From an uncultured Lentisphaeraceae bacterium (lineage in GTDB: Bacteria; Verrucomicrobiota; Kiritimatiellia; RFP12; UBA1067): DNA of 64,000 nucleotides. Every line of letters begins with the position of its first letter. Within the stretch, counting starts at the first letter, position 1. The position numbers and the translations under genes are program-made. The notes below the pieces were generated by a model. The model was not told the DNA's origin. It worked only from the letters and a program-made list of their open reading frames with translations, and made no database searches. Below are positions 27,623 to 35,048 of the stretch, piece after piece. The DNA is taken from positions 1,206 through 65,205 of the forward strand of contig CAYTWE010000005.1 in assembly GCA_964440985.1 (NCBI GenBank), read 5' to 3'.

Positions 27623-27657
27623 TCGGAATTGTCAATGAAATTTTATCGGAATCGTCA
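27623..27657. promoter_or_regulatory. Direct-repeat operator candidate TCGGAAT(T/C)GTCA x2, 23-nt period
   Basis: 27623-27634 and 27646-27657 match 11/12 and lie between the divergent regulator and the SGNH operon. Confidence 0.6.
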
Positions 27658-27677
27658 TTTATTTCCGTACAACCATG

Positions 27678-27686
27678 TGCTATATT
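27678..27686 (+). promoter_or_regulatory. Extended -10 TGCTATATT, 7 nt upstream of ATG 27694
   Basis: Read directly. Confidence 0.55.
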
Positions 27687-27693
27687 TTTCGAC

Positions 27694-29061
27694 ATGGGAA
27701 CACTTTTGAAAAATTCGTTGCGGATTGTCGGAAAGTTTTACGTCGCCCTGCTTTCGTTTGTTTGGTCTATTTTGTGCATCGCCGGAGAGGTCAAGCCACC
27801 ATTGCCGTTCCGTTCAGGCGAACGCATCGTGTTTCTCGGCGATTCAATCACCAAGAACGGCAAGTACCTCTACTTCCTCCAGCTGTTCGAGGAACTGCGC
27901 CATCCAGGGCGCGGCGTCACCTTTCTCAACGCCGGCATCAGCGGGGACCGTGTGGACAGCGGTCGTGAACGTCTTGACTGGGACGTGCTGCCGTTGAAGC
28001 CGGACCGTGTAATCGTAATGTTCGGCATGAACGATGTGAAGCTGGCGCTGTGGGAAAGCGCAACGCCGGACGCGGCAGCGCAGGATGCGCGAGACAAGGC
28101 CGTTTCCGGCTTCAGGCGCGAGTTGGAGCGGCTGATAGACGGATTGGCGACCGCAGGTGTGCGCTGCGATCTGGCGACGCCGCCGCCCTACGACCAGTAC
28201 GATGTCGCATCGAAGGCGGTGTGCCGCACGAACGGAAACGAGCCGGGGCTGGCGCGTCTCGCCGAAGTTGTGCGCCAAGTCGCGGCTGAACGCGGTCTCG
28301 GTCTCGTGGATGTCCACCGTCCGCTTACTGCCGTTCTGAAGTCTCATCCCGAACTTGGGCTGCTGCGCGGCGATCGGATACACCCGTGGTGGGAAGGACA
28401 CCTACTGCTGGCCGTCCAGTATCTTGAGGTCATGGGCGAAGATGGCGAGGTTGGGCGTATCGAGCTGACGGCGTCAGCGGCGAAGAGAGGTTTTCGCTAT
28501 GCCCCGAAGCGTCTGCCGTTCCCCCGTCTGGATGTCTTCTGGCGCAACATGGAGCGTACGGTCGAGACGGCGTATCCGTTTGAGGAGAGGTTCAACCGTG
28601 AGATCCTTGTGGTGAAGGGGCTGCAGGCCGGACGTTACGCCGTCCTGGCGGACGGGCGCGAGTTCGCGTCGTTTGACGCAGCAGAGCTGGCGCACGGCGT
28701 AAACATCGCGATGTGCGACACTCCTTCCTGTCGGCAGGCGCAGACGGCGGCAAAGACGATGATCGAGCTGATGACTCTTGAGACGACCTTTCGCGACGTG
28801 CCGTATATGGCGCGTACGGAGCGGAGCGTAAAGGATCTTGATCAGTGGCTGAAATCTCTTGAGAAGAATCCTCACCATGCGTACTATGCCTCCTGCGTGA
28901 AGTCGTATCGCGAACAGAAGGAGCGCGCACCGGAGACACAGGCGCAGGCGAGGGCGTTGCGGGCGCGGCTATCCAGGGAGGCGCAGGCGAAACCATGGGT
29001 GATTTCCGTTCGTCGCCTGACTGGCGTCGAACAGGGCAAACACGAAGTGAGAGGGAAATGA
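27694..29061 (+). CDS. SGNH/GDSL hydrolase (probable carbohydrate esterase), secreted
   Basis: FLGDSIT, NAGISGD, MFGMND, DRIHP blocks; N-terminal hydrophobic signal. Confidence 0.88.
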   Translation: MGTLLKNSLRIVGKFYVALLSFVWSILCIAGEVKPPLPFRSGERIVFLGDSITKNGKYLYFLQLFEELRHPGRGVTFLNAGISGDRVDSGRERLDWDVLPLKPDRVIVMFGMNDVKLALWESATPDAAAQDARDKAVSGFRRELERLIDGLATAGVRCDLATPPPYDQYDVASKAVCRTNGNEPGLARLAEVVRQVAAERGLGLVDVHRPLTAVLKSHPELGLLRGDRIHPWWEGHLLLAVQYLEVMGEDGEVGRIELTASAAKRGFRYAPKRLPFPRLDVFWRNMERTVETAYPFEERFNREILVVKGLQAGRYAVLADGREFASFDAAELAHGVNIAMCDTPSCRQAQTAAKTMIELMTLETTFRDVPYMARTERSVKDLDQWLKSLEKNPHHAYYASCVKSYREQKERAPETQAQARALRARLSREAQAKPWVISVRRLTGVEQGKHEVRGK

Positions 29062-30596
29062 TGATGAACAAATTACGGATGGTCTGCTTCGCGGCGCTTG
29101 CGTTTGTGTGCACGTCTTTGCGGGCGGTTGAGTATGTAGTGCCGGATTACGAGCGTTGGCCAGCGTACACGGACATTCACACGCAGGTGTCGAATGCACT
29201 GGCTTGTTGCCAGAACGGCGATGTCGTGACGATTTCAGCGGGAATCCATGAGCTGCCGGACGATGCAGTGACGGCGTTCAATACGGAGAAGGTAGGCGCT
29301 TGGATGGCGCCCAACTTCTATTCTGGCGGTGTCACGTTGCGCGGTGACCCGGCAGCCGGACGAGACGGAGTCGTCATTCGCGGCGGTGCGACGTATGCGG
29401 TCGTCTATGCCAGAAACCGGGCCTTGAGGATTGAGGGATTGACCTTCGAGGATTGCGCAAACGGGCAATCACGTGCCGTTGTGGGGTATCAGGATTTTTC
29501 GTGCACCTGGAGTGGATTAGTTGTCTCCAACTGCGTCTTTCGCGGCACGGAGCCAAAACTCGGCGCGGGTGTATGCTATGCGACTGTCGTGGACTGCGTC
29601 TTCTCGAACTGTTTTGCGAGTTCCGGAGGTGCCGCCAGCAGTTGCCGCGTCTTCGATTCCGTCTTTCGCGCAAACGAAGCGACAGTGTACGGCGGTGCCC
29701 TGCAATCGTGCCCGGTCGTCAGCAATTGTGTGTTTGCGGCGAATGCGGTTAGCCAATACGACGGCGGCGCACTTGCCGGATGCGGCATCGTTGCCGACTG
29801 CTGGTTCGAGGGAAATTTCGCGACGCGATGGGGCGGTGCGCTGTTCGGCTGCACGGATGTCCGTGACTGTGAGTTTGGTTCGGGAAATGCAGTCGGCGGT
29901 GTTGTCACGCAGAGTGCTGGTCCAGTCTCCGCCAACAGTTCCTTCACTCGCTGCACGTTTACGGGCAATCAGGGAAACGAAGCCGGATCCTATACGGCCT
30001 GCATCTTCACGAACATGACGGTGGCTCCGATAACCTGTCGGACGAACGGATCCCTTTCGCTCACCAACTGCCTGTTCGCGTCGAGCGACGTTCCTGGAAT
30101 GTTCGTCAAAGGCGGATTGCTCGCAAATAATTCGTGTACGATCGTCAACTGCACGTTTGTCGACAACCGGTCCGGCGACGTTCTTTTGGACATGAAGTAC
30201 GGCGAAGCGAAGAACAACCTCTTTTTCGCAAACTGGCGGATTTCCGGTGGGGTGTCCGCACGGAATGACGTTACTGTCCGCGTTGCGACTGGTGGTGGAT
30301 TCATGATGATGAACAATGCCTATGGCGTGGTGTCCGGTGGTCTCGGCGCGGCAGGCGAGGGAAATTTCCAGATTGAGAATCCGCGTTTCTCGAAGGGCGC
30401 AATCGCCGGCGCTCCATACTGGTCGCTTCAGGCGACGCCACGCAACCGGCAGGTTCGGTACGGCGGACTGGTAGAGGACTGGATGGCGTCGGCGACAGAC
30501 TTGGCAGGCGCACCGCGTCTGTGCGACGGTAAGGTCGGTGTTGGATGCTATGCATGTGACCTGAACGAAGTGGGCTTTCGTCTGCTTGTGCGGTAG
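29058..30596 (+). CDS. Secreted right-handed beta-helix protein with Pmp-like FxxN/GGA repeats and GFRLLVR tail
   Basis: FRAN..YGGAL, FAAN..DGGAL, FEGN..WGGAL; C-terminal DLAGAPR...VGVGCY. Confidence 0.7.
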   Translation: MMMNKLRMVCFAALAFVCTSLRAVEYVVPDYERWPAYTDIHTQVSNALACCQNGDVVTISAGIHELPDDAVTAFNTEKVGAWMAPNFYSGGVTLRGDPAAGRDGVVIRGGATYAVVYARNRALRIEGLTFEDCANGQSRAVVGYQDFSCTWSGLVVSNCVFRGTEPKLGAGVCYATVVDCVFSNCFASSGGAASSCRVFDSVFRANEATVYGGALQSCPVVSNCVFAANAVSQYDGGALAGCGIVADCWFEGNFATRWGGALFGCTDVRDCEFGSGNAVGGVVTQSAGPVSANSSFTRCTFTGNQGNEAGSYTACIFTNMTVAPITCRTNGSLSLTNCLFASSDVPGMFVKGGLLANNSCTIVNCTFVDNRSGDVLLDMKYGEAKNNLFFANWRISGGVSARNDVTVRVATGGGFMMMNNAYGVVSGGLGAAGEGNFQIENPRFSKGAIAGAPYWSLQATPRNRQVRYGGLVEDWMASATDLAGAPRLCDGKVGVGCYACDLNEVGFRLLVR

Positions 30597-30635
30597 ACTG
30601 CTGTTGCCGGTTGTGAAAATGCAGGGAGGGGAACG

Positions 30636-32798
30636 ATGAATCCGATGGTGGCGAAGGGTTGGCTTTTGCTTGGTGCGGTGACAGTTGCCTGGTTGAGTGG
30701 CGCAGCGGCAGCCGTCTACGATGTCGGTCCGACGCGTCCGCTCAAGACTTTGGCGGAAGCGCGTGACCGGATTCGTGCCGATCGCGCTGCACATACGCTG
30801 ACGGATGATGAAATGGCGACAGTGTTCGTCGATCCCGGCATCTATCCGTTGCCGAACGGCTTTGCGCTCGACCGACGGGACAGCAGGACGGCGTGGATTT
30901 CGCGTGTGCCGCACGGTGCGCGTCTCGTGGGCGGCACGGTTCTGCGGGCGGCGGATTTCAAGCCCGTCACGGAACCTGCGGTTCGCACACGTCTGAATGC
31001 GACGCAGCGTACACACGTTGTCGTCTGCGATCTCGCCAGAAAGGGCGTCGGCGAGTTGGCGCCGTTTGCCGACCAGTTCCGGGGACAGCCGGGGCCTTTC
31101 CTCTATATTGATGGTGAGGAGATGACGCTTGCCCGGTGGCCGAACGCGAACGCGGCCGACAAATCCCGGGAATGGACTTCCTTCACGAACGTGACTGACC
31201 ATGGCTGGGCGGAGACAGAGAGCGCAGATCCCAACCGGCGCGTCGATCATCCGGGTGCGTTCGTCTATGACGCGAGCGACCGCATCCGACGCTGGAACCT
31301 GAAGGAGGGCGTTTGGCTGAATGGCTACTGGTGTCACGACTGGTACGACTGCGCCGTCCGGATTGCGTCGTTTGACCCGAAGACGCGGGAAGTTCGCTTG
31401 GCGGCGAAAGTCCCTTACAACATCGCCGGCGGCACTCTCGGACACGCTGAGCGCCGTTTCTATGCCTTCAACCTCCTTGAGGAGCTGGATGCGCCCGGCG
31501 AGTACTTTCTTGATCGACGGAAACGCAAGCTCTACATTTGGCCGAAGGACGGTCTGTCGAAATCCGAGATCGTCCTTGCAACGCTTGAGGATCCCGTCGT
31601 GCAGATGCGTCGGCTTAAGCATGTTGTCTTTCGCGGGTTCGACGTGAAGGGTTCGCAGAAGTCGGGCGTGGACGTGACGGACAGCGAGGCCGTTACGATA
31701 GATGGATGCCGCGTGACGTGCGTCGGCGGTTCGGGCATTGTGGCTTACGGCACAAGGCTCAAGGTTCTCTCCTGTGAAGTCGCCAATGTCGGTGAAGCGG
31801 GTGTCTGGATGGGCGGCGGCGATACGCGAAACCTCATTTCTGGCGAGAATATGGTTGAGGAATGTCATATCCACCATTTCGCGCAACATGTTCGGACATA
31901 CAGGGCGGGGGTGATGATTCCAGGAAGTGCGGGAGCCGTTGTGCGTCACAACGAAATTCATGACGCGCCGCATGTGGCAATCCTCTACGGTGGTGTCGAC
32001 AATGTCTTTGAGTACAATGAGATATACCGGTGCGTGTACGAGACGGCTGATTCGGGCGTGTTCTACACGGGGCGCAGTTGGATCTCGCAGGGCAACATCG
32101 TACGCTACAACTACATCCACGATTGCGGGCCGAAGAACGATCCTGGCCACACGACAGGCGTCTACTTCGACGATGTCGACTGTGGCGACGAGGTTTTCGG
32201 AAACGTCTTTCGGAACATGGGGCGCGGCGTTTTCATTGGCGGCGGCCGTGACCATCCGGTCCGCAACAACATCTTCTGGAACTGCGCAGAGGCCGTGTTC
32301 ATGGACAATAGAGGTATGACTTGGAAGCAGTGGAACACGCCGGAGGGGAACTGGGATTTCGAGAACCAGGCCGAGCGGATGGACTACCGCAATCCGCCGT
32401 GGAGCTGCCGTTTCCCGAATCTGGCGAAGACGATGCAGGATTCGCCGCGTGAACCCCTCTATAATCCGATCCAGCGGAACGTCATCGTGAACTCGATTCT
32501 CAACGACATCGCCATCCTGCCGCGCATGACGAACATGGCAGATCGCCTCGCGCCTGTTGCCGATAACCTGATTGTGCACGAGCCAGTACGTGGCCGTCCT
32601 TGGCCGTGGAAGGCACGGGTCAACCCGTGGCGGATAGAGCACGGCACACCGCTTGCGGCGGGAGACGTGAAGTCGGCCGACCTCGGATTCGTCGATCCCG
32701 ACAATGGCGACTTCACGCTCCGGAAGGATGCGGCCGTTCTGAAGTTGGTGCCTGGGTTTGTGGCGATTCCGTTCGAGAAGATCGGGAGAGGTCGATGA
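30636..32798 (+). CDS. Secreted right-handed parallel beta-helix protein (GH141-like or polysaccharide-lyase-like carbohydrate-active candidate)
   Basis: MTLARWPN, GYWCHDWYD, NLLEELDAPGEYF, ETADSGVFYTGR, GVYFDD, IGGGRDH, GFVAIPFEKIG. Confidence 0.75.
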   Translation: MNPMVAKGWLLLGAVTVAWLSGAAAAVYDVGPTRPLKTLAEARDRIRADRAAHTLTDDEMATVFVDPGIYPLPNGFALDRRDSRTAWISRVPHGARLVGGTVLRAADFKPVTEPAVRTRLNATQRTHVVVCDLARKGVGELAPFADQFRGQPGPFLYIDGEEMTLARWPNANAADKSREWTSFTNVTDHGWAETESADPNRRVDHPGAFVYDASDRIRRWNLKEGVWLNGYWCHDWYDCAVRIASFDPKTREVRLAAKVPYNIAGGTLGHAERRFYAFNLLEELDAPGEYFLDRRKRKLYIWPKDGLSKSEIVLATLEDPVVQMRRLKHVVFRGFDVKGSQKSGVDVTDSEAVTIDGCRVTCVGGSGIVAYGTRLKVLSCEVANVGEAGVWMGGGDTRNLISGENMVEECHIHHFAQHVRTYRAGVMIPGSAGAVVRHNEIHDAPHVAILYGGVDNVFEYNEIYRCVYETADSGVFYTGRSWISQGNIVRYNYIHDCGPKNDPGHTTGVYFDDVDCGDEVFGNVFRNMGRGVFIGGGRDHPVRNNIFWNCAEAVFMDNRGMTWKQWNTPEGNWDFENQAERMDYRNPPWSCRFPNLAKTMQDSPREPLYNPIQRNVIVNSILNDIAILPRMTNMADRLAPVADNLIVHEPVRGRPWPWKARVNPWRIEHGTPLAAGDVKSADLGFVDPDNGDFTLRKDAAVLKLVPGFVAIPFEKIGRGR

Positions 32799-33958
32799 TT
32801 TCACGGCGCGAATGGATAGGTGCGTGTGCAGCCGGTACACTTCTGCCGATGCGCACGTACTCGCAGAAGGCGGGCGAAACCGTCGCGCTCCCCGCGTGGG
32901 CGCAGCGGGCAATTGACGAAGTGCAGATGCGCATCGAGGAGTGGCGCGGCGGGCAGACTGTTCCGCTCGTCGTCACGATTACGGATGTCCATTCGCGTGT
33001 GCCGGATGTGACCGATCCCATCGACTGGTCAGACCCGAAGAGCCACATCATCATAGCGCAGGAGGCTGTACGTCGGTTGGGCGCGGATGCGTTGGTCGAT
33101 CTCGGCGATGCCGACTTTCAGTATGTCTGGGATCATCCGCGCATGACGCCGCCGGCCGACGAGGCGGATGCGCTCATCCGTCGCCGCATTGCAGCGCAGT
33201 TTCAACTTTACCGCGATTTCGAGAGGCCTGTCTGGTTCTGCCGGGGCAACCACGATCGTGGGCGGACGCACAGGGAGTTTTCGGCGGCGGCGTTCGGCCG
33301 GTTCAATGCCTTATCCGCAGCGCACGGCCATGTCGCCGTCCTTGGTGGACAGGGGACTTACGGCTACTTCGACATCCCGGGCAAAGGCATCCGTTTGTTC
33401 TTCCTTGATTCGAGCGAGACGGGCAACTACGGCTTCACATCCGAGCAGCTTGCTTTCGTCTCCAAAGGGCTGACGACGCTGCCAGACGACAGAAAGGCTG
33501 TTGTCATGCAGCACTGCTGCATTGCCGATGCGGTGGGGCGATGGTTGCGGCCCGGCGAGCCGCTTGCCCGCGCCGGACGCTTTCGAGGCTTGGGCGGTGA
33601 GACTCTGCATGCCATTCTGTCCGCGTTCGTCCATGCGGAATCAGGTTCGGCGGAGAACGTGAGTTGGGACTTCACGGGGCGTCCACAGCGGCGGCTTGTG
33701 GCCAGCCTTTGTGGAGATTCGCATTTTGACAGCGAGGGCGCGATAGACGATGTGAACTATGTCGTGCGGCAGGGCTATGGCCCATGCCATCCGCTTCTGC
33801 TGACGCCAGGCGCGACGTTCGTGTGGAAGTCCGACCGTTCGCGTGAGCCGATGATAGACGTTCTCGGCGTTAAGGAACTTTCTGACGGAATCTGTGCTGG
33901 CCGCGTCTTCCGCATTGGAGCCGGAGGTGCCGCTCATGACCGCGAATGGTGCTTTTAG
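32795..33958 (+). CDS. Tat-exported calcineurin-like metallophosphoesterase
   Basis: SRREW twin-arginine signal; TDVH, LGDAD, RGNHD, GDSH metal motifs. Confidence 0.75.
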   Translation: MISRREWIGACAAGTLLPMRTYSQKAGETVALPAWAQRAIDEVQMRIEEWRGGQTVPLVVTITDVHSRVPDVTDPIDWSDPKSHIIIAQEAVRRLGADALVDLGDADFQYVWDHPRMTPPADEADALIRRRIAAQFQLYRDFERPVWFCRGNHDRGRTHREFSAAAFGRFNALSAAHGHVAVLGGQGTYGYFDIPGKGIRLFFLDSSETGNYGFTSEQLAFVSKGLTTLPDDRKAVVMQHCCIADAVGRWLRPGEPLARAGRFRGLGGETLHAILSAFVHAESGSAENVSWDFTGRPQRRLVASLCGDSHFDSEGAIDDVNYVVRQGYGPCHPLLLTPGATFVWKSDRSREPMIDVLGVKELSDGICAGRVFRIGAGGAAHDREWCF

Positions 33959-34008
33959 GTGTTGCGAGATGTTGAACTTCCGTTTGAAGGTATTACGCGA
34001 AAGCGGTC

Positions 34009-34037
34009 TTGACGCATGAGACGGAAAGCGGTATTAT
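34009..34037 (+). promoter_or_regulatory. sigma70 promoter TTGACG-17-TATTAT
   Basis: Near-consensus with 17-nt spacing; GAAAGCGGT direct repeat at 33999 and 34024. Confidence 0.7.
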
Positions 34038-34073
34038 ACGTCACAAATTTTTTAACCAAGGAGACCCACGAAA

Positions 34074-34838
34074 ATGAATGTGTACAAAACAATGATTGCT
34101 GCCGTTGCGCTCGTTGCGGCTGTTTCGACTTCCTATGCGGCGAAATCCGATTCCCAGTCCGCTGACGAGAGCGAAAAGTCGGTTGCTGAATTGTACGAGG
34201 GGCACTACAAGGCTCCGAAGTCCTATGGATGGACTGTCATCGCCCTTGGCGTCGCAACGCCTGTGCAGCTTCCGTGGGGCATTGAGAAGTGGGATGTGTT
34301 CGGTCTTGACCTGAATCTTGGGTATTCCGATTCGATGAAGATGTACGGCTGGGAATTTGCCCTTGGCGCGAACACCGCCCGCAAGTGCTTCATCGGCGCA
34401 CAGACGGCTCTCGGCTTCAACTACTCCAATGAGGATGCCTACGGCTTGGCTCTCTCTCTCTTCAACATGAACAACTACGAGTTCTACGGTCTCTCTGTGG
34501 ACGCAGTCGGCTACAACCGCAACGTCTATGGTCTTGAACTCAACCTTGTCGGCGCCATGACCGACAGGACGGTCGGCGGTTTGCAGATGTCTGGTCTTGC
34601 GAATGTCGTCGGTGAGGATATGTACGGTGCTGATGTCGCGCTTGGCGCGAACTTTGCGCGTCGTGTCCATGGTGCGCAGATCGCCCTCATCTACAACCAG
34701 ACGGATCTGCTTTGGGGATGCCAGATCGGTCTTGTGAACATGGCGTTTGCGTGTGACCATGGTTTCCAGATCGGTCTCATCAACGTGATCATGGATAACC
34801 AGCTTCCGTTCCTCCCAATCGTGAACGGCTACTTCTGA
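34074..34838 (+). CDS. LA_2272-like surface repeat protein
   Basis: Signal peptide; repeated GLQ/GAQ/GCQIGLVN motifs; ends FLPIVNGYF; SD AAGGAG. Confidence 0.65.
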   Translation: MNVYKTMIAAVALVAAVSTSYAAKSDSQSADESEKSVAELYEGHYKAPKSYGWTVIALGVATPVQLPWGIEKWDVFGLDLNLGYSDSMKMYGWEFALGANTARKCFIGAQTALGFNYSNEDAYGLALSLFNMNNYEFYGLSVDAVGYNRNVYGLELNLVGAMTDRTVGGLQMSGLANVVGEDMYGADVALGANFARRVHGAQIALIYNQTDLLWGCQIGLVNMAFACDHGFQIGLINVIMDNQLPFLPIVNGYF

Positions 34839-34862
34839 TATCCGTTCAGATGTTTTGGATGC

Positions 34863-34905
34863 ACGAAACCAAAGGGGATGCGTTCCGCTTTGGTTTCGTT
34901 TCGTT
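34863..34905 (+). terminator. Rho-independent terminator
   Basis: Perfect 12-bp inverted repeat ACGAAACCAAAG / CTTTGGTTTCGT followed by T-rich sequence. Confidence 0.7.
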
Positions 34906-35048
34906 TAGGTGCGGATGATTGCGGTGCGCCACGCTTTCTGCCAGGTGAGAAAGTGCTTGTGCAGTTGCCGATTGCAAAGAGAAAACGTGTGGCGCTGTTG
35001 AAGTTCAGTGATGCAACAGCCGGTTGACAGTTGACTTCGCTCCATATC

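Noticed and set aside
29517-32912. 1131-aa antisense ORF
   Set aside because: It is the shadow of two same-frame sense genes in GC-rich DNA; Arg-rich composition with no recognisable domain.
10223-34047. Rex operators (TTGTGAA-N4-TTCACAA)
   Set aside because: Only half-sites were seen (near 10223, 30611, 34042); no palindromic partner at the right spacing.
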